Source of the DNA: a virus
Length of the DNA: 64,000 bases
Strand: one strand, 5' to 3'
Virus record (IMG/VR): IMGVR_UViG_3300042923_000241
Coordinates: 1-64,000 of that record
Below are positions 36,494 through 47,789 of this stretch, one piece after another. The notes below the pieces were generated by a model. The model was not told the origin of the DNA, ran no database searches, and was given only the letters and a program-made list of their open reading frames with translations. Each line of letters opens with the position of its first letter. Position 1 is the first letter of the stretch. A program made the position numbers and the translations under genes.

Positions 36494-37138
36494 ATGCCAT
36501 CGATGCCGCCTGTTCCTGGCAAAGACGTACACAACCCCTTACAAGGTATGCAGCAATCAAAAATAGACTTCTATGGATTAGGTGAAATAGTCAAGAAATA
36601 TCGCTTTGCCAATATGGGCTACGTTGATATTGCTAACCGGCTTAATATGGATCACCTTGCAGACGGCTGTCCGACAATCTCAACAATGGCTGTTCAACGT
36701 TGGTGTAAGAAGAATATCCGTGATGAAGACAACCCTGATTGCAGGGAGAATCAAGAACAGGCTATTAACATCTACGGTGAGAAACGCGATGTTCTTAATT
36801 CGATTCAAGATCAAATTGATACTATCAATCTTTACATGGATCAACTGAATAAGATGGTCAAAGAAAAAGGCGATGTTATCAAATTATCTGGACTGATTAA
36901 AGATCAGTCTTTTTTAATGCTCAAATGGCTGGCTCAGAAACAGATGATGCTAAAAGATGTCGAAACAACTCAGGACAAGATTTACAACTTCAACAATTTT
37001 AATAAGGCTTTGACTATCATCACTGATATGATTAAGGCGAAGGATGTTGCGTTGTATGCCGACATACTGTCTGAGTTGAGTAAAGACCAACAAGTAGTTG
37101 AGATGTTGAGGTCGATTGAACCTGAGAAGAAAAAATAG
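36494..37138 (+). CDS. Putative terminase small subunit
   Basis: HTH-like N-terminus plus helical C-terminus; first gene of the late arm; positional call. Confidence 0.45.
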   Translation: MPSMPPVPGKDVHNPLQGMQQSKIDFYGLGEIVKKYRFANMGYVDIANRLNMDHLADGCPTISTMAVQRWCKKNIRDEDNPDCRENQEQAINIYGEKRDVLNSIQDQIDTINLYMDQLNKMVKEKGDVIKLSGLIKDQSFLMLKWLAQKQMMLKDVETTQDKIYNFNNFNKALTIITDMIKAKDVALYADILSELSKDQQVVEMLRSIEPEKKK

Positions 37139-37292
37139 CTTGTTGGCGAATTGTTGGCAGTAGGTATATTTAAACGATTTACATGCCGAAAAACCTACAA
37201 GCCTTGTGGTTGTTGGCGTGAAGGCTATTTTTCTTACATTGAGTTTTGCACCTAAGACTTTGCTCGTTGGATGGGGTGATAGAGGGGATTGA

Positions 37293-37802
37293 ATGGATGA
37301 ATCCTTATTGGAATTTATCAATAGGAATGTCAACGCCACTAATGCCAATGTTGCAATATCGCGTGAATTTGCAGGAAACGGTAGAGAGCATATCTATATT
37401 AGTGTTGATGGCAAGCCTTGGTATAACTTTTGGCATGACCCGAACAAGAGCAAGAGTAGAGATTCACCCAAGCATTCTGGTGGCAAGAAACCTTATGTTA
37501 TGGTGATGACAGAAAAGATAGACGAGTTAAAGAAAAACGGCATAAAGAACGTCGAAGAAATGATTGGTTTTTTGGTCTGTCTTGGAAAGTATATTGAATG
37601 GAATACCGGCAGGCTGATTAACGTTAGAAGCAAAAAATCGTTGCTGTACGCTGACATACAAAAGATTTACGGTTGCAGCAATAACAAGCTAAATCGAATA
37701 CTTGCTGAACTAAAAGAGCATGACCTTCTGTTAAATGCGGCAGAGGGTTATTTTGTTTCACGTTCTTTGATTAAAAAAGGGAAAAGCAAAAATAAGGAAT
37801 AG
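37293..37802 (+). CDS. Winged-helix DNA-binding protein
   Basis: ADIQKIYGCSNNKLNRILAELKEHDLL...YFVS..LIKKG. Confidence 0.6.
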   Translation: MDESLLEFINRNVNATNANVAISREFAGNGREHIYISVDGKPWYNFWHDPNKSKSRDSPKHSGGKKPYVMVMTEKIDELKKNGIKNVEEMIGFLVCLGKYIEWNTGRLINVRSKKSLLYADIQKIYGCSNNKLNRILAELKEHDLLLNAAEGYFVSRSLIKKGKSKNKE

Positions 37803-38039
37803 AATCAGCAGGAGGAAAGCAATGAAAGTTTACATTTGTTCACTAATATGGGACTACAACGTAGTTTATGGCGGCAACGGAGAAAAAGAAAACGTTCCCA
37901 ATGGGACAAGAATCGAAGCCGAAATAACGTATCCTGCAACAGAAAAAACGGCAAGCGTAACTTTTAGAGGAACGGTCAAACACAAAGATAGAATCTGCGA
38001 TATGAACGAAGCGAAGAAAATCGTGGAGGGTATTATAAA

Positions 38040-38405
38040 ATGAGTAGTCCAATGTGGGATTGGTTCGGCTTAACTCGCGCTTCTTATCTAGTCTTACCGC
38101 GAACATTACTTTGCGGTATGCCCGAAGAATGGCAAGAGAAATTCGCTAATATGCTTGATGAAATGCGAGAAGTCTACGACTGTAGTCAAATTCAAGATAA
38201 TTACACAGTTCAACTTCGCGGTGAAAATAATCGCTTTATTAGTGACCCATTGCGAAATTACAGGCATCCTCCTGAGTTGCCATATAGGAAACGAGAAGGC
38301 AATAATTGCCCGTTTCCTGATGGTTGCAACGAACGTAAAACCTGCACTAAAACAGAATGTAATGCCGATGTGTGTTCTAACGGATACGCATACAGGATGA
38401 GTTAA
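38040..38405 (+). CDS. Phage hypothetical protein
   Basis: WFGLTRASYLVLPR..L..MPEEWQ...DPL.NYRH. Confidence 0.65.
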   Translation: MSSPMWDWFGLTRASYLVLPRTLLCGMPEEWQEKFANMLDEMREVYDCSQIQDNYTVQLRGENNRFISDPLRNYRHPPELPYRKREGNNCPFPDGCNERKTCTKTECNADVCSNGYAYRMS

Positions 38406-38803
38406 CTTAAAGGAGAATAACAATGAAAATCTGTTGTTGTTCACTAGCAGGAACGTCTGCTTGTGATAAATGCCAAACAAATGACAAGCCAAACAAATAC
38501 GAGCAAGCCTTCATTGACTTGCCTGACCACTTGATGAAAGAGATTAGCGACTTAATTGGTAAAGGAGAATCAGAATGATTAACGGCGTTGCTCATCTAAC
38601 ATCACCTCTAGGGAGCGAGGGAGAATTTCACAAAAACGTGCTTGAAGCAATTCGCAAACATCAAGAAGTTGGGTTGGAAGTTGAAATTCATTATCAACAT
38701 ACGGCAAATGGATATTCGGCATTGATTATAGGAAGAACAAAGTCCTAACCGCCAAAAGCGGTATTTTTTATGACTAAAATTCTAATCAAAGGAGGTACAA
38801 AAC

Positions 38804-40009
38804 GTGACATTATTGCCTGAATACAATCAGCAACACGGAGAAAAACTCCTTGATTGGAAATATCGGCTTATATTCGGCAAGGCAAAGAAAGATGTCAAAC
38901 TGAGTTGGGACGAAATCAGCGAATTGCTTGGCATTGGCTGTAGTGGCGAGTATCTTAGAAAAATCGCATACGGCGTACTTGAATACGCTGAACATCAAAA
39001 GTCGAAATACAAAGATACTGATAAAACCCCTATTGAACAAATGAAGATCGACGACATGGAATCTAAACGGCTTACTATGGAACGCGAGAAAATGCGTATG
39101 CAAGACCAAAAGCGCGAATTAAATAACCTGCTACGCGAATACGCTAGAGCCGAGCACATTAAAGAAGAAATAAAAACGGCTGTGGCAGAGTTGGCGAACT
39201 CCAAACCGTTAACCGTCAATATCAAGGTGACTAAAAGCGGAACAAGAGAAGCTGTTTTATTGTTGTCGGATTGGCATAAAGGTCAAAACATAGCAAATCA
39301 TTGGAATCTGTTTAATGACGTTGAATTTAAGCGACGCATAGAAACATTGGTCAGTAAAGCGATTGCCTACTGCCACGAAAACAACGTGCGTCGAATCAAC
39401 GTATTTGCGCTTGGTGACATGATTAACGGTTTAATTCGTGCTACTGCGAGGATCAACAATACCGAGGATAGTATCAGACAGGTAATGGCGGTATCGGAAA
39501 CACTTGCCGGAATACTAATCGCATTGGCAGAAGAATTCGACGAAGTGAGACTGTTCTGTTCAAGGGGAAACCACGACAGAGTAACGCCGAATATAAAAGA
39601 AAGCATCTCGAAAGAATCCTTCTTTGACATTATCCCTTGGTTCTTGCAAGCGAGACTAGGACACATCAAGGCGATTCAAATAGTGCCGAACGAGTACGAT
39701 GACGAAATCATTGTAACTGAGATATGCGGACAAACCGTATTTGGCGTACACGGAAATCGTGATAAAGTCGGAAACGTAGTTCAAAATCTTGCGCTGATGA
39801 TTAAAAAGTTTCCTGATGTGGTCGTGTCGGCGCATCTTCACCACAACATTGAGGATGAAATTCACGGTTGCGATGTAGTGGTTAATTCTTGTCTATGTGG
39901 TACGGACAACTACGCAAAAGAGATTCGCGCAACAGCAAAGGCGGCACAGAAGTTGCTTATTTTTGATAGCAACGAAGGTAGGCTCTGTACTTACAATATT
40001 AAACTTTAG
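38804..40009 (+). CDS. Calcineurin-like metallophosphoesterase
   Basis: LSDWH, LGDMING, GNHDR, VHG, AHLHH. Confidence 0.9.
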   Translation: MTLLPEYNQQHGEKLLDWKYRLIFGKAKKDVKLSWDEISELLGIGCSGEYLRKIAYGVLEYAEHQKSKYKDTDKTPIEQMKIDDMESKRLTMEREKMRMQDQKRELNNLLREYARAEHIKEEIKTAVAELANSKPLTVNIKVTKSGTREAVLLLSDWHKGQNIANHWNLFNDVEFKRRIETLVSKAIAYCHENNVRRINVFALGDMINGLIRATARINNTEDSIRQVMAVSETLAGILIALAEEFDEVRLFCSRGNHDRVTPNIKESISKESFFDIIPWFLQARLGHIKAIQIVPNEYDDEIIVTEICGQTVFGVHGNRDKVGNVVQNLALMIKKFPDVVVSAHLHHNIEDEIHGCDVVVNSCLCGTDNYAKEIRATAKAAQKLLIFDSNEGRLCTYNIKL

Positions 40010-40018
40010 AGGTGAATA

Positions 40019-40399
40019 ATGAAATACCGAGTTATCGCGGTTGACTTCGACAAGACAATTGCCGAAAGCAATTACCCCCATTGCGGAACGGTCATTCCGA
40101 AAGCCGGAGAAGTCCTGCGAAAATATCACAGCGCAGGCGGTCAGATTATCATATGGACTTGCAGAACGAGCGGCGATTTAGACAACGCTGTTCGTTTTTT
40201 AATTGACAACAACGTGCCATTTGACGCCGTAAACGAACACCTTCCTTGGCAGATTGAAGAGTTTCACAAATTATTCCCGCACGTTAACCCTGACGGGCGC
40301 AAACTATCTGCCGATTTGTACATCGACGACAAAGACCCGTATTCGCAACTTCTAGGTTATGTTAATTGGTCACTCGTTGAAAAACTGTTGGAGGTATAG
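40019..40399 (+). CDS. HAD-superfamily hydrolase
   Basis: IAVDFDKTI, IIWTCR, RKLSADLYIDDK. Confidence 0.88.
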   Translation: MKYRVIAVDFDKTIAESNYPHCGTVIPKAGEVLRKYHSAGGQIIIWTCRTSGDLDNAVRFLIDNNVPFDAVNEHLPWQIEEFHKLFPHVNPDGRKLSADLYIDDKDPYSQLLGYVNWSLVEKLLEV

Positions 40400-40401
40400 C
40401 A

Positions 40402-40962
40402 ATGTTAGTTTTGTTACTTTCTGGCAAAGCACAATCAGGCAAGGATACCTTGGCTGAGTTTGTCAAAGAATACGCTGAACTTGTCGGCAAGAAAGCACAG
40501 CGTATCGCCTACGCTGACGCAGTAAAGGAACTCGCCTATCAGTTCGGCTGGGATGGTCAAAAAGATGAAAAAGGTCGCAGACTCCTGCAACTCATCGGGA
40601 CAGAAGTCGGCAGAGGATACAACCCTAACATTTGGATTGACAAAGGGGTTGAAAAGCTAAAAACAGCACAACTCAACGGCGTTGATATTGTCTGTATCAC
40701 TGATTGCCGGTATCCGAACGAAATTGAAGCTATCAAGTCGCTTGAATGGGTGCTAGGCAAGGTTGTCACTGTCAGAATAGAGCGTCATGGTGCGGGTGCT
40801 GGCGAAAATGCGAATCATGTCAGCGAGACTTCACTTGATGATTGGCAATTTGACCATACAGTAGAAAACGACACTTCATTATGGTGTTATCGAGAAAACA
40901 CATTTTGGTTGTTGTCCGATTTAATGGAGGAACAAAATGAATCAGTCAAAGCGACTAGCTGA
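40402..40962 (+). CDS. Deoxynucleotide monophosphate kinase-like P-loop kinase
   Basis: SGKAQSGKDT, RRLLQLIGTEVGR, ITDCRYPNE, HVSETSLD. Confidence 0.88.
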   Translation: MLVLLLSGKAQSGKDTLAEFVKEYAELVGKKAQRIAYADAVKELAYQFGWDGQKDEKGRRLLQLIGTEVGRGYNPNIWIDKGVEKLKTAQLNGVDIVCITDCRYPNEIEAIKSLEWVLGKVVTVRIERHGAGAGENANHVSETSLDDWQFDHTVENDTSLWCYRENTFWLLSDLMEEQNESVKATS

Positions 40963-41645
40963 CTTTGCAAAATCAAAAACATTCTTTGATGGCATAAAGC
41001 AAGCTACGCAAAGTGAACCTTTAGTCATAAACGGCATTGAATATGAAATTCTTGGTGTTTCGAATAACTTTGACGATGCAACTTGTATTACAGCTAGGCG
41101 AGTTGAAATACCGTTTGCGGAGGATTGAAAGATGAACTTTAATTATGGCGAATTAACCTTGATTTGGGACGCTCTTGAAAGACTTCCTAGGTCCTACAGG
41201 ATATCATACAGGGATGGCAAGGTGAAGTTTGACCCTGTTAGTGTGGACGATGTTAAGAAGAAGGTCATGGCGTTAGCGAAAGAAATTGAAGAACAGGGAG
41301 AGACAAAACAATGAACATAGAAACCTTAAAAGCCAAAACCGCTAATATTGTTGGCGAAGATAAAATTCATATGCAGATTCGCGTTCCAAAAGTAACTGAC
41401 GAGAATCGCAAAGACTATGAAAAATGGCTAAAACAGACTGAAAAACTAGGCATTGGATTTGGCAAATATGATGAACTGTTTCAAGGGAAACGAGAATAAC
41501 ACGCAACAAAAACACTTCTTACAGGAGATAATCACAATGACACTAGCAGAAATCAAGCCAAAACCAGTAAAAAAGCCGTTAAATCGGAAGAAAATGCTGA
41601 AAGAATCGCTCGAATATAGCGAAAAGATGGAGGAATACGAGGACA

Positions 41646-41924
41646 ATGGACACTCTGAAGATCAGCAAGATTAAAAAAGCAATTGAAGATACGAGAGGCA
41701 ACGGAAACACAATGTTTCTAACCCATGCCGTTCAATTCAGCGTTGCAGATATGGTAGTTATGTCGGAAACGGAAAAGCGATTTTATAATAAACACGGATT
41801 TCAGAACCTTGTAAGGCTTGATGAAATTGCCACTGACAGACCGTTCGTTCTTGATAACGGCGTTGTTTTTGAAGCAATAAACGAAGCGTTAGAATTAATC
41901 GAAAGACTGCGAGGTGATGCCTAA
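41646..41924 (+). CDS. Hypothetical protein
   Basis: GAGG RBS; related to the next ORF. Confidence 0.6.
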   Translation: MDTLKISKIKKAIEDTRGNGNTMFLTHAVQFSVADMVVMSETEKRFYNKHGFQNLVRLDEIATDRPFVLDNGVVFEAINEALELIERLRGDA

Positions 41925-42248
41925 ATGCAAAAGCTGATTCAGATTCAGAACGCGATTAAAGCCGCTAGAGGTAATGGCAAATATAAAGTAGACAACGATG
42001 TTCTGTTTGCGGCGATTGACGAAGCGTTGGACAGAATTGAGGAATTGGAAGAACATATTGACTGTTTAGAAACGTGTTCTGACGAGTGTAGTGTTTGTCG
42101 GTATGACGAGAACAATAACATTTGCGATGATGATAAGGAAGAAAATGACGGTAGCAAGTTTATTTATGAAAATGACACCGTTTTCAAATATGATGCCGAG
42201 TGCGATTGCGATAGGTGCAAGGCGATTAGGGAGAAACAGGCTGAATAG
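41925..42248 (+). CDS. Acidic Cys-containing hypothetical protein
   Basis: GAGGTG RBS; related to the previous ORF. Confidence 0.6.
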   Translation: MQKLIQIQNAIKAARGNGKYKVDNDVLFAAIDEALDRIEELEEHIDCLETCSDECSVCRYDENNNICDDDKEENDGSKFIYENDTVFKYDAECDCDRCKAIREKQAE

Positions 42249-42284
42249 CAACCGAGAGGTTGTTTTTTTATTGGTGGTGATACC

Positions 42285-43931
42285 TTGAACCTAATGGATG
42301 AAATTATACAGAGCGAAGGGAAGAGTAGGGACGGCCCTGCTGAATCGCAGAATTGGAAAGAACGATGCGCTAAGTCGCTTGAATTGTTTTGCCAGCATTA
42401 CTTTCCTGATGTGTTTACATCTGAATTTTGTGAGTTTCATCGTGACGTATTTCGCAAAATAGAAGGGTACATTTTAAGTGGAGATCACGGTGGGCTGAAA
42501 AAGTATATGGCGAGAGCTGCACCGCGTGGACATGGCAAGTCGCAGATTATCTCAATGGGATTACCGCTATGGTGTGCTTGCTATGGCTACCGATTTAACA
42601 TTTTAATCGTGTCCGATACGGCAGAACAAGCGGCGCAGTTTATCAACGACATTAAGGGCGAACTTGAAGAAAACGAAGCGTTGATTGCTGACTTTGGCAA
42701 TCTTGTTGGTAAGAAAACTTGGAAAACAGATAAGATTGTCACCGCAAACGGCGTTCACTGTTGCGCTAAGGGCGCAGGACAGAAACTTCGCGGGATTAAG
42801 TACCGTAATAAAAGACCGGATTTGGTCATTGTTGACGACCTCGAAAACGATGAATCAGTTGAAACCGAAGGACAGCGCAAAAAGCTGTTCAATTGGTTTA
42901 TGAAAGCACTCTTGAAATGTGGATTCACTGATACAATTTTTATTTACATTGGGACAATCCTGCACTATGAAGCCTTGCTTTACAAAGTCCTTCACGGCAA
43001 AGAATTCGGCATGTGGGACAGGAAAATATACAAAGCGGTATACGAGTTTTCACCTAGTCCGTTATGGGATGAATGGGAAAAGATTATTATGGGTGCGGCG
43101 ATTATCGGCGACGAAGAAAAACGCGACGAGATAGCTTTAACGGCTTATCGGTTTTATCTTGACCATAAAGCAGAAATGCTTCAAGGCGTAAAGTGCCTTT
43201 GGACTGAGAAGGAAGACGATTATTACTACAATCTGATGATTGAAAAGGTCATGGATGAAGAATCGTTCAATAGCGAGGAACAAAACGACCCATTGACCGA
43301 AGAGTCCCGTGAAATTAAAGAAGCGTGGTTAGAAGCTAATACCTACGAAACCTTGCCGGAAATTACAGAGATATACGGCGCAGTTGACCCTAGTCTTGGC
43401 AAAACGAAAAAGTCTGATACGTCGGCAATCGTTATTGTTGGGCGCGGAGTTGATAACTTCTTGTATGTCATGGAAGGTGATGTTTGTCGCAGAAAACCAA
43501 ATGCAATAATTGACGATATGACAGGATATGTCTTGAAGCATTATGCAATTATGCAAGCAAACGGTGGATTTGTGGTCGAAGAAGATGTTTGGCAAGAATA
43601 CTTCTCCAACACTATCAAAGACAAATTCGTTGAGCGTGGCATGTACGTCAATTGGATTCCGGTTAAAGACCAAGGAAATAAAGAACTGCGCATTAAATCG
43701 CTTGCAAGGCTTATTCAACAAGGATACGTCAAGTTTAATAAAAATCATACTACACTGTGGAATCAATTAAAAAATTGGCCTAAAGGACACGACGACGGTC
43801 CGGACGCACTTCAAATGGCGGTTAGTAAATTTGGAGCAAAAGCCGCTATCTGTTTCGACAAAATGCACGTTGGCAGAAATCGAGAACAGCGTTTACCGAA
43901 TGTCTTCTCAATGATGGGCAGAAGGAGGTGA
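42285..43931 (+). CDS. terL: Terminase large subunit
   Basis: APRGHGKS, IVDDLE, AVDPS, HDDGPDAL. Confidence 0.95.
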   Translation: MNLMDEIIQSEGKSRDGPAESQNWKERCAKSLELFCQHYFPDVFTSEFCEFHRDVFRKIEGYILSGDHGGLKKYMARAAPRGHGKSQIISMGLPLWCACYGYRFNILIVSDTAEQAAQFINDIKGELEENEALIADFGNLVGKKTWKTDKIVTANGVHCCAKGAGQKLRGIKYRNKRPDLVIVDDLENDESVETEGQRKKLFNWFMKALLKCGFTDTIFIYIGTILHYEALLYKVLHGKEFGMWDRKIYKAVYEFSPSPLWDEWEKIIMGAAIIGDEEKRDEIALTAYRFYLDHKAEMLQGVKCLWTEKEDDYYYNLMIEKVMDEESFNSEEQNDPLTEESREIKEAWLEANTYETLPEITEIYGAVDPSLGKTKKSDTSAIVIVGRGVDNFLYVMEGDVCRRKPNAIIDDMTGYVLKHYAIMQANGGFVVEEDVWQEYFSNTIKDKFVERGMYVNWIPVKDQGNKELRIKSLARLIQQGYVKFNKNHTTLWNQLKNWPKGHDDGPDALQMAVSKFGAKAAICFDKMHVGRNREQRLPNVFSMMGRRR

Positions 43932-43938
43932 GAATTTA

Positions 43939-45270
43939 TTGTTTGAAAGTGTAAAAAAATTCTTTTCAGCAAGGCCGAAGAACATTCCCGCCCCGACTGC
44001 CGAGCAAACTAATTCGGATTGGTTTAGCAGAATTGGCAATCGTGTTTCGCGCCGATTCCGAACATACGGACTCAATACGGCAAAACAGAAGCAGCTTCGC
44101 CAACTATCTCGCAACGGGATTGTCCGGCGTGGCATTGAGCGTATCAAGAAAGGCGTACTTAATCTTGACTATCGCATCGACGCAAAAGGTAAGGTCAACG
44201 CCAAACAATTAGAACAGATCAAGCTAGTCATTAACAACATCTTAGAGAATCCAAACATACGACACGACTACCGTTCGTTTTGGGATATGGTTCTTGAAGA
44301 CTTAATTGTTCTTGACGCAGGAGTATTCAATAAAGTAAAAGGCGGCAACCCTATGCGGCCTTTATTTTTATACCCTGTTGACGGTACAACGATGGAGATT
44401 TTAGAGCCATATGACTTCGTTAACCCTGACGGTGATGTGTATGCTCAAAACGCTTCTTGGTTAGGGCAGGAAAAACGATTTAGCACTCACGAAATCGCCT
44501 ATCTGCAAATGAACCATTTTACCGATACGCCTTATGGTTTATCGCCGATAGAAAAACTGTGGCGGTATCTGAATTACTTTTTGGATGCACTCGACAATGC
44601 GGCAGACACGGCGAGTAATGACACGCCAAAATTTATGATTTCCTTTGAAGGCGTAGACATAAACAATACTACCCTAAAGGCATATCGAGAGTACATGGTC
44701 AACGAGATCGAAGGCACAAGTCACATTCCAATTGTCGGCGGCAAAGTAAACGCCGTGCAGATTGGCGCGATTAACAGCGATAGCCTTTTCCTTGAATGGC
44801 AAAAGTTTCTACTGACGTTGGTTGCCAAGTGCTTTGATTTACCGGAGTCTTTTTTCATCACTAGCGATGTCAATGACAGAAACACACTTGACCAACAACA
44901 ACAGCAGGTAACGCAAGAAGCAGTTAAGCCATACGCGGATTTGATTGAAAAGGCGATTAACGAACACATTCTCAAAGAATTGGGATATTACAACGTGACA
45001 GTCCAATTCGTCTACGAGGAAACCGCCACACAGAAGAAAGAGAAGTCAGACCGTATAGGCAAGGAATACACGCTCGGTATTATAACTCAGCGTCAAGCCT
45101 TAACTGAACTTGGATATGCCATTGTTGAAAACAAGTACATTGACATGACTTCCAAGGAAGCGACTGCCGCGATGAACGTTGATTACCCTGCAAATAATGG
45201 CGGTTTTAAGGGACAAGGAGATTCCGCTAACGGTTGGGCAAACAAACCGACAACTAACAAGACTGACTAG
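43939..45270 (+). CDS. Portal protein
   Basis: Follows TerL; NP...D..SF, LYPVDG.T, YGLSPIE. Confidence 0.9.
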   Translation: MFESVKKFFSARPKNIPAPTAEQTNSDWFSRIGNRVSRRFRTYGLNTAKQKQLRQLSRNGIVRRGIERIKKGVLNLDYRIDAKGKVNAKQLEQIKLVINNILENPNIRHDYRSFWDMVLEDLIVLDAGVFNKVKGGNPMRPLFLYPVDGTTMEILEPYDFVNPDGDVYAQNASWLGQEKRFSTHEIAYLQMNHFTDTPYGLSPIEKLWRYLNYFLDALDNAADTASNDTPKFMISFEGVDINNTTLKAYREYMVNEIEGTSHIPIVGGKVNAVQIGAINSDSLFLEWQKFLLTLVAKCFDLPESFFITSDVNDRNTLDQQQQQVTQEAVKPYADLIEKAINEHILKELGYYNVTVQFVYEETATQKKEKSDRIGKEYTLGIITQRQALTELGYAIVENKYIDMTSKEATAAMNVDYPANNGGFKGQGDSANGWANKPTTNKTD

Positions 45271-45284
45271 CGAAGGGAGGTGAT

Positions 45285-46235
45285 ATGTTGGACAAAATTA
45301 AACTTGAACTGACAAACCTACAATTTACAACTACGCCAAATCGAATCAATGAAATGAAATGGGAAGGCGCAGTAACGAAAATTGGACAGGTTAGCGATGG
45401 TATTCCTGGCGGTGCTATGTATCCCGTAATTTGGGAACGAAGCGCAATCGAAGCGGCAATGGATACACTTATCGGCATGCCGTTAAATTGTCGTTGGCCC
45501 GAAGAGTGGTTCTCTAATCCTGCGTACGCCTTTACCGGACATGAAGAGCGTTTTGTCATTGGCATGGTGCAGAAGGTCTGGATTGACGGTGACTATTTAA
45601 TGTGTTCAGGAATAATCTGGAAAGACAATTTCCCCGACGTCGCTTTTATGATTACAAATGCCAAAGAAAGTCTAGGCTTTTCGGTAGAATGTTACGGGAA
45701 AAACAAAACTGTTCAGGATGAGATCGAACACGTTTACGAAATGGAATTTACAGGTTTAACAATGGCGTGGAGTAACATCTGTGCCTTTGAAGACACTTTC
45801 ATCACGCAATTAGTCGCGTGTAGAAAAAATAAGAATAAAAGTGAGGATGATGTTGATATGACACCAGAAGAAATGAAAGCTATGTTGGAAACCTTTACCC
45901 AGGGAATTACCGCTACGATTGCAGAGGTAAAAACTGGCGTAGAAGCCAAAATGACTGCAATGGAAGGTAAAATTGAAGCCGCCAAAGTTGCTATTGTTGA
46001 CCCAAATGCTGAAGAATTAGCAAAGATTCAAGCGACTGTCGATGCTTTGAAAGCAGAAAACGAGCAACTGAAAGCCGCTAAACCTGCTATTCCTGCGCCG
46101 ACTGCTGCTCAGACCGCTGCAAGTAAGGGCGATATTGACTTTGACAGCGAACGAGACAAGATTAACAAAATGACTTGTTCTAACGAAGAACGCATGAACG
46201 AACGCTTTAAGCTGTCCTATAAAGCAGCACAGTAA
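45285..46235 (+). CDS. Prohead protease/scaffold protein
   Basis: GH...IG.V, LGFSVE, FTGL; coiled-coil tail; between portal and capsid. Confidence 0.8.
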   Translation: MLDKIKLELTNLQFTTTPNRINEMKWEGAVTKIGQVSDGIPGGAMYPVIWERSAIEAAMDTLIGMPLNCRWPEEWFSNPAYAFTGHEERFVIGMVQKVWIDGDYLMCSGIIWKDNFPDVAFMITNAKESLGFSVECYGKNKTVQDEIEHVYEMEFTGLTMAWSNICAFEDTFITQLVACRKNKNKSEDDVDMTPEEMKAMLETFTQGITATIAEVKTGVEAKMTAMEGKIEAAKVAIVDPNAEELAKIQATVDALKAENEQLKAAKPAIPAPTAAQTAASKGDIDFDSERDKINKMTCSNEERMNERFKLSYKAAQ

Positions 46236-46316
46236 CCCCACAACGAAATACATATGCGAAACTGACTGTCAAAGACGGTCTTTTTTTATGCTCAAAAATG
46301 AAAGGATGATGACATA

Positions 46317-47372
46317 ATGCAAAACAAACAAGCAATGTTCCAACTTGATAGCTCTGAGGTATATAACAAGTACCTAAATGCCGCACAAGAGCGCAAAATG
46401 ACTGCCGCGACCACTCCTACACTTAACAGTGGTCATAATATTCACTTAGCTTTATTTGAAGACACGATTTATGACTACATGCGCCGCGATGTAAGTATCT
46501 ACAATTGGGTTCCGTCTGTTGAAGCAACTGGACAACCTACGATGTGGTTTGAACAGACTAAAAACCCTGCCAATGAGCAATTTAGTTCTCCGACCACGCT
46601 GACCTATAAGGCTGTTGACGACGATTATGGGCGTGTTCCTAAATCGGCAATGATTAAGTGTATCACTAGCAAATTCTCCTTCCCATTCTTCAATACTCTT
46701 GTAGCGCGGCAGCAGGGCGTTCTTCCCGACTTCGTGCAGAAAGACATTGCTGATTGGGCTTGGAGCTTCAAGCGGTTCGTCAATAAGAAAATGTACTACG
46801 GAACTGATACTGACCTTGCAACTCCGACCACTAACGAGTACATGGGCATTATGACGCAAATCACCAATGCTGTTGCTCGTCTGAAAACCGAAACAACCAC
46901 TACTATTCTTGACGTTGTTGAGGACGCTATCGCTAACATGGAAAGCGATGTCGTTAACGTGACCGGTACTGCGGCTGACCTTGTTGTGTTTATGAATCCT
47001 AAGACTCGCAACAAAATGGTCAAGGAAGAACGCGCAAGAAACAGCAACTTCCGTATGGAAAAAGCCGAGTTGATTCCTGGTTTTAACATTCCTGGTATCG
47101 ACACCGCCAAAGGTATCATTCCGATTGTTGCCGACCCGTTTATTGACGTTATCGACAACACCGCCAACGTCAGTTACGATCACCCGATCATGATTCTAAA
47201 CAAGCGTCTGATTGAACGTCGTTACATTGGCGCGAAAGACCCAATGGTATTCGATTGGAACATGGGCAACGACCAACTGTCGGGTGACAAATTAGCTGTC
47301 CTGTTTGACAACATCATCGTTCGCGGTGCATCTTTCGGACACGTTAAAATTAACTATCAGTTAGCGAAGTAA
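46317..47372 (+). CDS. Major capsid protein
   Basis: Position, size, and HK97-fold-like YG..EY.GI and FMNP motifs. Confidence 0.85.
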   Translation: MQNKQAMFQLDSSEVYNKYLNAAQERKMTAATTPTLNSGHNIHLALFEDTIYDYMRRDVSIYNWVPSVEATGQPTMWFEQTKNPANEQFSSPTTLTYKAVDDDYGRVPKSAMIKCITSKFSFPFFNTLVARQQGVLPDFVQKDIADWAWSFKRFVNKKMYYGTDTDLATPTTNEYMGIMTQITNAVARLKTETTTTILDVVEDAIANMESDVVNVTGTAADLVVFMNPKTRNKMVKEERARNSNFRMEKAELIPGFNIPGIDTAKGIIPIVADPFIDVIDNTANVSYDHPIMILNKRLIERRYIGAKDPMVFDWNMGNDQLSGDKLAVLFDNIIVRGASFGHVKINYQLAK

Positions 47373-47432
47373 GTTAAAGATTTTGGAGGGGTTAATTCCC
47401 CTCCAACTTTATTACCGATAGGAGGCTAGAAA

Positions 47433-47789
47433 ATGGCTTTTACCAAAGAACAACGAGAAGCAAAGAAACTTGCGCAGTTAGTTGAGAATCAGGGTGAAAA
47501 ATCAGAAGTTGTCGGCGAATCTGGTGGAGCAGAGCAAGAAACTACGGAAACAAAAGATGTAGAAACGGAACAACCACCAGAACAGGGAACAGAGCAAGAA
47601 ACTGCGGAAGAAAAACCGGAATACGTTACGATAAAACTCAACAAGGTAACGGCGTTAAAACTGCTTGGATGCGTGCCTAATTCGCTATATGTACAGGGGA
47701 AAAACGTAATGTTTGACAACCTGCAGGCAACTGTTCACGTTGATGTACAGGCGTATTTAGCCGAGCAAGGACTAATTGAGGTGGACTAA
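47433..47789 (+). CDS. Head-associated hypothetical protein
   Basis: Acidic linker with duplicated EQET.E. Confidence 0.6.
   Translation: MAFTKEQREAKKLAQLVENQGEKSEVVGESGGAEQETTETKDVETEQPPEQGTEQETAEEKPEYVTIKLNKVTALKLLGCVPNSLYVQGKNVMFDNLQATVHVDVQAYLAEQGLIEVD

Noticed and set aside
46452-47183. 243-aa minus-strand ORF
   Set aside because: Antisense shadow of the codon-biased capsid gene
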